Source of the DNA: an uncultured Planctomycetota bacterium
GTDB lineage: Bacteria > Planctomycetota > Planctomycetia > Isosphaerales > Isosphaeraceae
DNA: 64,000 nucleotides
Assembly: GCA_963737655.1 (NCBI GenBank)
Contig: CAVTTN010000002.1
Span: forward strand, 1,440,001-1,504,000
Direction of reading: 5' to 3'
Part shown: positions 1-9,122 of the stretch, piece after piece
Layout: each line of letters starts with the position of its first letter
How positions within the stretch are numbered: the first letter of the stretch is position 1
Translations under genes and position numbers: made by a program
Notes under the pieces: generated by a model
The model's database searches: none
What the model was told of the DNA's origin: nothing
What the model saw: only the letters and a program-made list of their open reading frames with translations

Positions 1-906
1 GCGCGAGAGGCGGCCAGGCGGATGAGATGCGCCAACAACCTGAAACAGATCGGCCTCGCCCTCCAGGGTTATCACTCGGCGATCGGGACGTTCCCGATCA
101 ACTGGCGGAACGACCTGTTCGCTCCTCAGGGGAACCCGCCCAACACCATCGCCAGGCCGTTCTCCGCGCTGACCCGGCTGCTCCCCTATCTGGAACAGGT
201 CCCGCTCTACGACTCGATCAATTTCTCCGTCCAGAACTACCCGGACAACACGAACGGGACCTTCTCCTTCCCCCAGAATCGCTCGGCTTACGCGACGACC
301 CTCGACGTCTTCCTCTGCCCCTCGGACGGCGCCCTCTCGCCGACGCCGTTCGGGTGCAATTACCGGGGGAATTACGGGGTCGGCCCGGCGCCGGGCACGA
401 CCCGGGAGACCTTCGACAGCGGCAATGGTTTTTACACGTTCTATTCCGTCCTGAGCGCGGCGTCGTTCCCGGACGGGCTCTCCCACACGGTCGCTTACAG
501 CGAGCGCCTCCGGGGGAGCGGGGCCGGGGGCGGCCTCTCGCCGGAACGGGATTTCGGCGATATCAACGTTCTGCCGTATTGCACGGATCGGGACGCGGAC
601 TACGCGCTCTCCTGCTGTCGATTGGCCTCGGCGAATGGCTTTCCGGCCTTCCGAACGGCCGGCTCGACCTGGTTCCTCGGCGACTTCGAATGCACCGCCT
701 ACAACCACGCCCAGGAGCCCAACGGACGGGTCCCCGATGCCATCATGAGGAACTCCTGGATTGGCATCGTCACCGCGCGGAGCCACCACCCCGGAGGCGT
801 CAATTGCTTGATGGCCGATGGGTCCCTTCGCTTCGTGAACGAGACGATCGCTCGGAAGGTCTGGCGGGGCCTCGGGACGAGGAACGGAGACGAACTCGTC
901 GAATAG
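1..906 (+). CDS. DUF1559 (prepilin-type/SBP_bac_10) protein, 5' end outside window
   Basis: Frame open from base 1: AREAARRMRCANNLKQIGLAL..., LLPYLEQ..LYD, FLCPSD, DGLSHT and C-terminal SHHPGGVNCLMADGS (H-X9-DG) motifs. Confidence 0.95.
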   Translation, partial: AREAARRMRCANNLKQIGLALQGYHSAIGTFPINWRNDLFAPQGNPPNTIARPFSALTRLLPYLEQVPLYDSINFSVQNYPDNTNGTFSFPQNRSAYATTLDVFLCPSDGALSPTPFGCNYRGNYGVGPAPGTTRETFDSGNGFYTFYSVLSAASFPDGLSHTVAYSERLRGSGAGGGLSPERDFGDINVLPYCTDRDADYALSCCRLASANGFPAFRTAGSTWFLGDFECTAYNHAQEPNGRVPDAIMRNSWIGIVTARSHHPGGVNCLMADGSLRFVNETIARKVWRGLGTRNGDELVE

Positions 907-991
907 GCCACCCGCCGCTTCGGGCCCCCCTATTCGGCCCCGGCGTCGGGGCCGACGTTCGGTCGTGCGAGCTCTTGAGGAGGACGGTCGC

Positions 992-1436
992 GTGACGCTC
1001 ACGAATCGTCATCCCCTGTCCACGTCAGTCCTGATGAGATGGCTCCTGCCTGCGGTCCTCACGGCGACGGCCATCGCAAGCACGGAGTCGTTGCGCCACG
1101 GGCGATCGATCCTCGGTGGACAGGAACTGATCGCCTGTCGGGGCAGCAACCAGAACAAGTTCATCGGCACGTTCTCGTGCAATGAATTCAACGGGCAGGC
1201 AACGACAGCCTGCGCAGTCCGGGGATAAATGCGGTACCTGCCAGAAGGCCAACTACACGGATGTCGGATCGTCAACGGGTGGAGGCTATAATCAGGGTGC
1301 CGACAATGGCGGCGATTGCGGGAACGTCTTCAAGGGGAGCTGCAACGCCCAACTCAAGTGTGTCGCGGATCCCGGAGGCGACACTGGCACCCCCTGTAAA
1401 AAGCCCATTGGTCCACCCGTGGCCCAAGCGGGTTGA
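992..1436 (+). CDS. Small secreted Cys-rich peptide precursor (apparent frameshift near 1213)
   Basis: GAGGAGGA then GTG at 992; hydrophobic leader MRWLLPAVLTATAIAS; LGGQELIACRGS motif; ORF 965-1228 ends ...TTAC and ORF 1182-1436 continues QSGDKCGTC...; joined core has 8 Cys. Confidence 0.65.
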
Positions 1437-1504
1437 GATCGGTTCACGAGGCCGCACGTGGCCACGAAGATTATCTATTCAGATACCATGACGTGTAATC
1501 CCGC

Positions 1505-1536
1505 AAGCGGGCTTCAGGGACTTCAGAAGCCCGCTT
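1505..1536 (+). terminator. Stem-loop between peptide gene and downstream genes (attenuator/RNA-stabilising hairpin)
   Basis: aagcgggcttc-N10-gaagcccgctt, perfect 11-bp stem, no U-tract. Confidence 0.5.
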
Positions 1537-1564
1537 CGAGGATGATCGCGAGTCCGAGGAGTTT

Positions 1565-2671
1565 ATGATCTCGAACTTCCTGGCCGTCATGATGATCGGG
1601 GCCTCCGCAGCCGGTGGCGAGGCGGAGCTCGAATCATTATTGAGCACGATCGAGGCCCTCCAGGTCAATGTCCACGATTTCCGATGCGAATACGAAGGAA
1701 CGTTATGGTTCCGAAACCCGGAGGTCATCCGAGCGAGGAATCTCGATGCCTCGGGTCTCTACGACACCTTCAGCGGGGTCTACATCTGGAGCACGGGGGG
1801 TGATGCTTACGTGGACGCCATCCATCGCTATCAACCCGAGGCGAGATTGACCAGGGAGCTTCTGATCGTCCGCGCCAAGAAGAAGCAGGCCGAGCATTAT
1901 CTCAGGGCCGATGATGCCCCGGTCGGTAGCCTTAAATTCGACGACCCAGAGATCGTGAACCCCCAACGGACCGGCTGCGTAGGCGAACTCTTCGTCCTGC
2001 CGGTCATCCGGCGATTGGCGACAAGGAAGGATCTCGAAGCCTCGATCACTAGCGAGACCCTTGACGGACGAGACGTCACCGTCCTGACCTTCTCGACGAA
2101 GTCTCCGAAGAAGCTCCTCGAACGCTTCTGGCTCGACATGAAACGTGGCGGCCATGCCGTGCGACGCGAGGCCTACTCCGATGGGGCTGCTCTGGTCGGC
2201 CGGATCGAGATCCGGCTCAAGTCCTTCAAGGTGGGCGACGAGCCGGTCTGGTTACCCGTTTCGGGAAGCGGCGAAGGCCACGCCGTGATGAAGGATGGGA
2301 AGATTGTGATTATCAAGGAACCGAACTCCATGGAGACGATCGGGATCGTGGACGGAAGCCTGGAATTCAACAAGTATCCCGGCCCTCACACGTTCGAAGT
2401 CACTTACAAGCCCGGGACCCGGGTCTCCGACAACCTCCGGCAGCTTCAATACGAGTACGGCCAGCAGAAGCAGAAGCCCCGGGCCACGAAGGCGGATGCC
2501 CAGGCCCAGCTCCAGGAGCAGGTGGCCCGGGCGGAGGAACAGCGGAAGGAACTGGTCGCCGGCTCTCCGCTCCGGGATGGCCCCGGATGGACCTCGTGGC
2601 TGGTCTGGATCTTCGGCGCCTCGAGCCTGGTCTTCTCGGTCCTGGTCCTGGTCCTCCGGGGGCGTCGCTGA
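1565..2671 (+). CDS. Secreted hypothetical protein with C-terminal coiled coil and membrane anchor
   Basis: GAGGAG RBS; signal-like N-terminus MISNFLAVMMIGASAAGG; C-terminal WLVWIFGASSLVFSVLVLVLRGRR. Confidence 0.8.
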   Translation: MISNFLAVMMIGASAAGGEAELESLLSTIEALQVNVHDFRCEYEGTLWFRNPEVIRARNLDASGLYDTFSGVYIWSTGGDAYVDAIHRYQPEARLTRELLIVRAKKKQAEHYLRADDAPVGSLKFDDPEIVNPQRTGCVGELFVLPVIRRLATRKDLEASITSETLDGRDVTVLTFSTKSPKKLLERFWLDMKRGGHAVRREAYSDGAALVGRIEIRLKSFKVGDEPVWLPVSGSGEGHAVMKDGKIVIIKEPNSMETIGIVDGSLEFNKYPGPHTFEVTYKPGTRVSDNLRQLQYEYGQQKQKPRATKADAQAQLQEQVARAEEQRKELVAGSPLRDGPGWTSWLVWIFGASSLVFSVLVLVLRGRR

Positions 2672-2712
2672 GGGGCCCTGATCTCGCGAGAGGAATCTCC
2701 CCGGGAGCTCCC

Positions 2713-3375
2713 ATGCTTGCCGAACCATGCTTCGCCCGAAACCTCGGGCGCCGTCTTCCCATCCCGCTCGGGATCTTCGTTTCGATGGCGGTCTGCGCCT
2801 CCGCGACGGCGGCCGAGCCGGGGGCGAGGCCGGATTGCGGAGTGAACTCGCTGTTCCTCCTCCTCGAATTCGAGGCCCGTCCGACCACGCTCGATCGGCT
2901 GGACCGTGCCTTGCCGGAACGTCGATCGGACGGCTATTCGATGGCCGAGCTCGCAGCGGCCTCGCGGTCGCTGGGCTTGCCCCTGGAAGGGGTCGATTTC
3001 GGCAAGGGAGACGCCGCGCTCGATCGCCCGGCCATCGCGTTCTTCCAGGATGCCCAGGCGGGGCATTTCGCCCTGCTCCGGCCCGTGGGGACGCGGGTCC
3101 AGGTGATCGACCCGCCCCTCGTCCCCCGGATCGTCGATTATCCCGATCTCTTCGCCGCCAGGACGTGGACGGGGCGCCTTCTCCTCCGGCGCGATCCCTG
3201 GCCGGTTCGCCACCGGGCCTCCCTGCTCGCGGCCTCTGCATCCGGCGCCCTGTTGGCCCTCGCCTGGTGGCGACGCCGGAGCAGGAGAGCTCGGACCGAG
3301 CCGGTCGACCCTGCTGGTCTCCGTGGGGTGGGACTCAGGAGTCCCGGTCATACGCCGTCCGAAGCCAGCGGATGA
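2713..3375 (+). CDS. C39-family cysteine peptidase-like protein with signal peptide and C-terminal TM anchor
   Basis: PDCGVNSL (Cys), GYSMAEL, GHFALL (His), VIDPP (Asp); hydrophobic N-terminal segment and ALLALAWWRRRSRR tail; no ABC domain. Confidence 0.8.
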   Translation: MLAEPCFARNLGRRLPIPLGIFVSMAVCASATAAEPGARPDCGVNSLFLLLEFEARPTTLDRLDRALPERRSDGYSMAELAAASRSLGLPLEGVDFGKGDAALDRPAIAFFQDAQAGHFALLRPVGTRVQVIDPPLVPRIVDYPDLFAARTWTGRLLLRRDPWPVRHRASLLAASASGALLALAWWRRRSRRARTEPVDPAGLRGVGLRSPGHTPSEASG

Positions 3376-3958
3376 CCTCGGCGTCGATCTCCTCGGGTTG
3401 GGCGATCGGGATGCGGTGGGTGATCCGATCCTTCTTGATAAAGCCTCCGGTGTCGATCAGGCGGCCCTGGGCGGGCAGGTCCTTCAGGGCCAGGCCCAGG
3501 TCGATCCGGGTCCGGGTTGTCGGCTTGATCTGGGCGAACTGGTAGTTCCGGTAGAAGGGGACGATCGTCATGCAGGGGCAAATCTTCACGTCCGGGCCGA
3601 GCTCCAGGACGAGTTCAAGGATGCGGTCATAGATCGGCCGGAGGGCGGCCTTCGGGCCGGCGAACATGGTCTCGACGTACCGTTCGGCCGACGCGAGATA
3701 CGCCTCCGGGTCGCCCTCGCCGATGGCCCGGTCGTTCCCCTCGGCGCGATCGACGAGCCATCCGGCGATGTTCGTGCCGACCCCGAACTCTTTCTTCAGC
3801 CAGAGCTTGCGGCCTTTCGTGTCGCCCGGCCCTTGCTCCGGGATGAAATGGATCCACTGATCCAGGGATCGGCCGGTCTTCGTCGGGAGGTCGGCGATCC
3901 ACTTCCGGACCATCGCCACGCTGGGATGGACGCTGTACGGGGTCCTGGCCTTGGGCAT
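3335..3958 (-). CDS. DUF4287/DUF5655 domain protein
   Basis: LPTKTGRSLDQW N-terminal motif and FAQIKPTTRTRIDLGL...ITHRI...EIDAEVIRWLRTAYD C-terminal domain. Confidence 0.8.
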   Translation of the reverse strand: MPKARTPYSVHPSVAMVRKWIADLPTKTGRSLDQWIHFIPEQGPGDTKGRKLWLKKEFGVGTNIAGWLVDRAEGNDRAIGEGDPEAYLASAERYVETMFAGPKAALRPIYDRILELVLELGPDVKICPCMTIVPFYRNYQFAQIKPTTRTRIDLGLALKDLPAQGRLIDTGGFIKKDRITHRIPIAQPEEIDAEVIRWLRTAYDRDS

Positions 3959-3980
3959 GGGCCTCTCCGTCGAGGTTGGA

Positions 3981-5399
3981 TCAGCATTCGCTGACATTCA
4001 CGGGGATCAGGACGGCCAGGCCGCCCTCGGACGTTTCCTTGTACTTGGCGTTCATATCCAGGGCCGTGGCCCACATGGATCGGATCGCGGCGTCGAGCGA
4101 GACCTTGGCCCGCTCGGGGTCGCTCGACAGGGCGAGGTGGGCGGCCGTGATCGCCTTGACGGCCCCCATCGTGTTCCTCTCGATGCACGGCACCTGGACC
4201 AGCCCGCCGACCGGGTCGCACGTCAGGCCCAGGTGGTGCTCCATCGCGATCTCCGCCGCCATGAGCGCCTGGGGGGCCGAACCTCCCAGGACTTGCGCCA
4301 GTCCCGAGGCCGCCATCGCGCTGGAAACGCCGATCTCCGCCTGGCAGCCGCCCATCGCCGCCGAGAGCGTCGCCCCCTTCTTGAAGAGGCTGCCCACCTC
4401 GCCGGCCGTCATCAGGAGATCGGCGATCCCCGGCTCGTCGATGGAATGAAACAGGACCGCGTGGAGCAAGACGGCCGGGATCACCCCCGCCGCGCCATTG
4501 GTCGGGGCCGTCACGACCCTCCCGAACGCCGCGTTCTCCTCGTTCACGGCCAGGGCGAAGACGCTGACCCACTTCAGGGTCTCGGGGAAGCTCCACGACC
4601 GGCCCCGGATCGCCTCCAGGAACGCCTCGGGATCGGCCGGGACCGGCCCCGAGAGCAGGTTGCGGGCCATCGTCGCGGCCCGGCGGACGACTTCCAACCC
4701 GCCGGGCAAGACCCCGTCGGTCCGGCACCCTCGGACCACGCAGTCCCTCATGGTCCGCCAGATTCGCATCAACCCGTCGCGGACGTCTTCCTCCGATCGC
4801 CACGCCCGTTCGTTCTCCCGGACGACCTCGGGGATCGTCAGGCCGCCCTCCCGGCAGTAGCGGAGGAGGTCGGCGGCCGTCTCGATCGGGCGGGGCAGGG
4901 CGACGGCCCTCGCCCCCTCGACCGTCTCCCCCTCCTGGACCACGAACCCGCCCCCGACCGAGAAATACGTCTCCGAACGTCCCGGATGATCCTCCAGGAA
5001 CGCCGTGAACGTCAGCCCATTGGGATGGAACGGCAGGGACTCGGTCCTGTGGAACAGCAGGTCGGCCGCCGGGTCGAACGGGATCGGCCGGACGCCTTCC
5101 AGGGGCAAGGATCGGCCGTTGCGGATCGCGGCGACCTTCGCGTGGAGGGTCGCGGTGTCGCACGAGACCGGATCTTCGCCGGAGAGGCCCATCAGCACGG
5201 CCAGGTCGGTCCCGTGCCCCCGGCCGGTCTTGGCCAGGGAGCCGTACAGATCGACGCGAATTCGCGTGATCTTCTCGAGACCCTTTGCATCGCGGAGGGC
5301 CGCGAGGAACCGCTGGGCGGCCCGCCACGGGCCCATCGTGTGAGAGCTCGACGGCCCCACGCCGATCTTGAAGATGTCGAAAACGCTGATGGATTCCAA
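3981..5399 (-). CDS. sdaA: L-serine ammonia-lyase (Fe-S dependent, single chain)
   Basis: TTG start; [76 protein letters not shown]. Confidence 0.95.
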   Translation of the reverse strand: MESISVFDIFKIGVGPSSSHTMGPWRAAQRFLAALRDAKGLEKITRIRVDLYGSLAKTGRGHGTDLAVLMGLSGEDPVSCDTATLHAKVAAIRNGRSLPLEGVRPIPFDPAADLLFHRTESLPFHPNGLTFTAFLEDHPGRSETYFSVGGGFVVQEGETVEGARAVALPRPIETAADLLRYCREGGLTIPEVVRENERAWRSEEDVRDGLMRIWRTMRDCVVRGCRTDGVLPGGLEVVRRAATMARNLLSGPVPADPEAFLEAIRGRSWSFPETLKWVSVFALAVNEENAAFGRVVTAPTNGAAGVIPAVLLHAVLFHSIDEPGIADLLMTAGEVGSLFKKGATLSAAMGGCQAEIGVSSAMAASGLAQVLGGSAPQALMAAEIAMEHHLGLTCDPVGGLVQVPCIERNTMGAVKAITAAHLALSSDPERAKVSLDAAIRSMWATALDMNAKYKETSEGGLAVLIPVNVSEC

Positions 5400-5482
5400 G
5401 GGTCGAGCCCCCCGCCTCTCCAGCAACCCCGGCCGACCGACCATTCTATCCGATCCGGCGGCGGTCCCGAGGAAATCGGCGA

Positions 5483-6187
5483 TCAATCGAGATAGGCGTC
5501 GGCCGCGGCCCGGGAATAGGTCATTTCCAGGTCGATCGAGATCGCCGCCTCGATGGCCAGGGGCAGGGGGATCGTCGGCAGGGGGGCGCCCACGACCAGG
5601 GGGCGCCGCCAGATCGCCAGAAACCGCCCCCCCTCGGCCGCCGGCTCCCCCACCCGATAGCTGACCGCCGCCGGGGCCGGGCAGGGGGGCTGCGTCATCG
5701 AGAATTCCGCCGCGATCGCATCCGCGAAGGAAAATCCCACAGGCCGGGCATGGACGTCGATCACCACCAGATGCGCCCCGCCGAGCAGATAGCCGAGATC
5801 CCGAGCCAGGTAGGACGCCCGAGCCGTCGGACGGTCCTTGTTCCGGGGCGAGATCAGCTCCACGGCGGCGACCAGGCGCCCCCGACGCTCGATCATCAGC
5901 GAGGTCCCGGGGTCGATCGCGGCCACGGCGACTTCCACATCGGGCCCCTCCGACGAGGCCGCCTCGCCGGAAGCCTCCGGCGGCCGGACGTCCTCGACGG
6001 CCCCCCACGATCGGACGCCCAGATCGGGACGCTCCGGGGGCGCCCCGACGGCCAGCAACGGGGCCGTCCCCACATACGCCCGATACCCCTCCGGCAAGCG
6101 GGGCTTCACCCAGCGGAGCAGCTCCGAGATCCACAGCAGATGCATCCCGTCCCACCCGGGGCGGTCGGTCCAATCGTGGAAGGGCAT
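5483..6187 (-). CDS. DUF4058 family protein
   Basis: MPFHDWT...[25 protein letters not shown]...IDLE..Y pattern typical of this planctomycete family. Confidence 0.85.
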   Translation of the reverse strand: MPFHDWTDRPGWDGMHLLWISELLRWVKPRLPEGYRAYVGTAPLLAVGAPPERPDLGVRSWGAVEDVRPPEASGEAASSEGPDVEVAVAAIDPGTSLMIERRGRLVAAVELISPRNKDRPTARASYLARDLGYLLGGAHLVVIDVHARPVGFSFADAIAAEFSMTQPPCPAPAAVSYRVGEPAAEGGRFLAIWRRPLVVGAPLPTIPLPLAIEAAISIDLEMTYSRAAADAYLD

Positions 6188-6373
6188 GGCGAGTCGTCCT
6201 CATCGCGGCAGAACCAGGAGCCGGCCGGACCCGGCAATCCTGACCCTCGCCGCCCGATCTTACCAGGAAGAGGTCGGTCCGCGGGGGGGCCGGGGTGTGG
6301 CGGAGCCTCCGGGATGCCGATAAGTTCGCGGAGGTCGCCCTTCCTCCCCTCGCCGATCCCGAGACTTCCGCCG

Positions 6374-7012
6374 ATGGACATGCCGCCGATCGAGGAAATC
6401 CTTCAGGTCGTCCGGGAGGAGGACGACGCGGCCCGGGGCCTCCACCGGCTGACCCGTCTCTGTCGGAGGGAAAGCCCCGGGCTCCTGTGGGACCGCTTCG
6501 ACGCCGTTGACCCGAAAAACGACGTCGAGGCCGCCCGCGAGTGGCTCCGCCGGGCGAGGAAATCGGCCGACTTCCCCCGGCCCGCGCAAGGCCTCTACCT
6601 CGGACTCCTGGATCTCGACGACGGGCCCGGCCCCCACGTCGAGATCGCGGCGACCTCCGATCGCGACCCGTCCTCAACCGACCTCGAATGGGCCTGGCGG
6701 TGCGAGTGGCGAGGCGACCCCCACCGGATCGCCGGCCTCGGCGAGATGAGGCGGGTCTACGGCCAGGGGAAGTGGAAGAGGCACTTCGAGATCGCCGACT
6801 ACGCCCTCCCCCTGGGCTACGGAGGGCTCGTCCTGGCCGAGGCGCTGGCGGATCTCGCGGCCGGCCCGCCGTTCCTGGCCGCCTGGGGCTTCCACGACGG
6901 CGACCTCTTCCCCCTGGGCCGGGCCGACGGCCGAGGGTTCGCCCGGATCGCGACGATCGCCCCCGAAGCCCCCGACCGGCCGACCCTCCGCCTATGGACC
7001 GGCCCCGATTGA
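6374..7012 (+). CDS. Hypothetical protein
   Basis: Protein-like composition from [10 protein letters not shown]...; C-terminal WGFHDGD motif; no family recognised. Confidence 0.65.
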   Translation: MDMPPIEEILQVVREEDDAARGLHRLTRLCRRESPGLLWDRFDAVDPKNDVEAAREWLRRARKSADFPRPAQGLYLGLLDLDDGPGPHVEIAATSDRDPSSTDLEWAWRCEWRGDPHRIAGLGEMRRVYGQGKWKRHFEIADYALPLGYGGLVLAEALADLAAGPPFLAAWGFHDGDLFPLGRADGRGFARIATIAPEAPDRPTLRLWTGPD

Positions 7013-7970
7013 GCCGGCCTCCGACCCGTCCGGCGGTTCTGTCGGAGATTTTCCATGATTTTCGCGTAATCCTGTGAACAACGGATCAGAAAACAGGCCG
7101 ATGAGCTCTTGGTCGCGAATCGCCTCGACCCGGCGGAGGAATTCCCGCTCGCTCTCGGTCAGGGGAGGACGGAACGGGGCGGCGAGGGCGGCGATCTCGT
7201 CCATCGCGGCCAGCCGTTCCTTTCGGCCCGGCACCAGCGGCTCGATCCTCGGAGGCTGGTCGTCGTGGGTCCGGCCCTGGAGGAGTCGGCCGGTCTTGCC
7301 CTTTCTTGTCCCTCCCCATTGCTTGAAGAAGAAGGGGATCTGGGCCTCGGCGCACTGGTCCCGGAGCGAGAGGACCCAGCGTTCTTCCATCGGTCGGGCC
7401 CCGGGGCCGCTCTCTCCGCCGACGATCACCCAGGAGATGCCGGTCAGGTCGACCCGCCCGAGGTCTTCCAGCAGGGGTTCGACCGAGAGGAACCGCACGC
7501 GGGCCGGGGCGTCTCGGAGGTGGTCGATCCTCGGCAGGCCGTGCTTGCGGTTCTCGACGCTCACGCCCCACCAGACGTGCTCGGCGCCGGCGGCGTCCGA
7601 GAAACGGCCCTTCAGGGAGATCGCGCATCCGCTCCGAACGCTTGCTCAAGACCTGATACGTGTGCCAGTGGGCCAGTTCCATCACGCGGACGAACGCGGC
7701 GATGTAGTCGTCGGGGACGCCTTCGAGGAACAGGTCGCTCATCGAGTTGACGAAGATCATCCGGGGGGCGGCCCACCGGAGGGGCTCGGCCAGCTTCTCG
7801 GGGACCAATCGGAGGTCGAAGCCCTGTTCATACGGGTGGCCGGGGACGCCCCGGAAGCGCTCGGCGAAGGTCTCGGCATAGCAGTGGGCGCAGCCGGGGC
7901 TGATCTTCACGCACCCCCGGACCGGGTTCAGCGTGGCGTCGGTCCATTCGATGGCGGAACGGTCGCTCAT
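6992..7970 (-). CDS. DUF5131 (phage Gp37/Gp68-like) protein, frameshifted near 7616
   Basis: [37 protein letters not shown] in one frame; [32 protein letters not shown] in the next; removing one G of ggg at 7615-7617 joins them. Confidence 0.9.
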
Positions 7971-7992
7971 GGTCGGGGCCCCTCTGGAACGA

Positions 7993-8574
7993 TTATAGGG
8001 ACCAGAGCATGAGCATCAACGCGACCCAGGACGCCCCGACCGCCAGCCCCGCCCGATCGATCCAGCCCGACGCGACCCATCGGCGTCCCCCGAGCCCATG
8101 CAGGCCGAGCGCGACGAGCACGGCGACCGCCGGCCCCCGGACGCATCGCTCGCTGAGGAGCAGGCGCACGGAATTGTGGACGGCATAAAGGTCCCGCTCG
8201 ACCCGGAAATAGAAGGCCCCCCAGTCCAGCCTCCGCTTCGCGGCCAAAACGCCGATTTCCAGGACGTGGACGAGCAGGCCGATCGACGCCCCCCAGACGG
8301 CCGCCAGCCCCGGACGCCGAGAAACGCGAAGGGGGCGGGGGCCGCGGAGGGAGAGCAGGGCGAGCGCCAGCGTCCAGGCCCCCAGCATCGGCGGGAGCTC
8401 GTCGGCCCACGCCTGGAGCCCGTTGCGAATCCGCTCGGCCGTGAACGCGACCGGGATCAGCTCCGAGTCCATCCAGTGCACCGAAGGCCGCATCGCCAGG
8501 CCGCAGGCCGTCGCGGCGACGAGGACCAGGGCGTCCGAGATCCGGAAGGGCCGCTGGTCGGCTCTTTTCTGCAT
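7993..8574 (-). CDS. Hypothetical membrane protein
   Basis: RPFRISDALVLVAATACGLA start, several hydrophobic segments, WIDRAG..VG..W C-terminus. Confidence 0.7.
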   Translation of the reverse strand: MQKRADQRPFRISDALVLVAATACGLAMRPSVHWMDSELIPVAFTAERIRNGLQAWADELPPMLGAWTLALALLSLRGPRPLRVSRRPGLAAVWGASIGLLVHVLEIGVLAAKRRLDWGAFYFRVERDLYAVHNSVRLLLSERCVRGPAVAVLVALGLHGLGGRRWVASGWIDRAGLAVGASWVALMLMLWSL

Positions 8575-8602
8575 TGACGATCCTGAAAATGTTGCCATTG
8601 AC

Positions 8603-8671
8603 GTAGGGTCCGCTATTGCGGACCTCTTCGATACGATTGAGGGAGAAGAGGTCCGCAATAGCGGACCCTAC
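8603..8671. repeat. GTAG-type REP-like inverted pair (family A)
   Basis: gtagggtccgctattgcggacc...ggtccgcaatagcggaccctac; near-identical element at 51404. Confidence 0.85.
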
Positions 8672-8672
8672 A

Positions 8673-8750
8673 TCACTGGGCCGGGCCGTGGGCGGCCTCG
8701 GCCCGGTTGGCCAGCCGACCCAGGATGCTTGTGTCGATGAGGGTCGCCAT
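8673..8750 (-). pseudogene. Truncated PIN/VapC toxin remnant (25 aa)
   Basis: MATLIDTSILGRLAN is a PIN N-terminal DTS motif; TGATG-coupled to upstream small gene; stops immediately before the REP element. Confidence 0.7.
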
Positions 8751-8971
8751 CACTCGTACAGCCCGTCGCTGCTCAGGGCCGCGTCCGGGACGGACACGCC
8801 GCAATCGACCGAGGCGGCGAACAGGCGGCGTTCCCTCTCGTCGATCGGGATCGCCGGTGCCGCCGGCAGGAGATGACGGCGGAGGAGGGCCAGGGCCTCG
8901 GGGGCGACCCCACGGCATCGGGCCTGGGCGGCCCATTCGGCTTCCAGATGAGGCGGGAGGGTGATGGTCAT
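8750..8971 (-). CDS. Putative antitoxin of a VapBC-type pair
   Basis: 73 aa MTITLPPHLEA...RGVAPEAL...ALSSDGLYE, coupled to PIN remnant. Confidence 0.7.
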   Translation of the reverse strand: MTITLPPHLEAEWAAQARCRGVAPEALALLRRHLLPAAPAIPIDERERRLFAASVDCGVSVPDAALSSDGLYE

Positions 8972-9122
8972 CTCTCGCTCCGCTCCGATCCGATCCGGCC
9001 TTGACCATGATCCTCGCGGCGGCCGAACCGGGGTCATTGTACGAAAAACGGCCCCCGGGCACAGGAGATTGCTCCTCGCCCGGGGGCCGTCGGCGTTCGA
9101 TCTCATCCCCGAAAAGGGCGGA

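Noticed and set aside
3981..6677. 898-aa extended serine dehydratase
   Set aside because: Homology begins at TTG 5399; the upstream part is an alternate frame over the DUF4058 gene.
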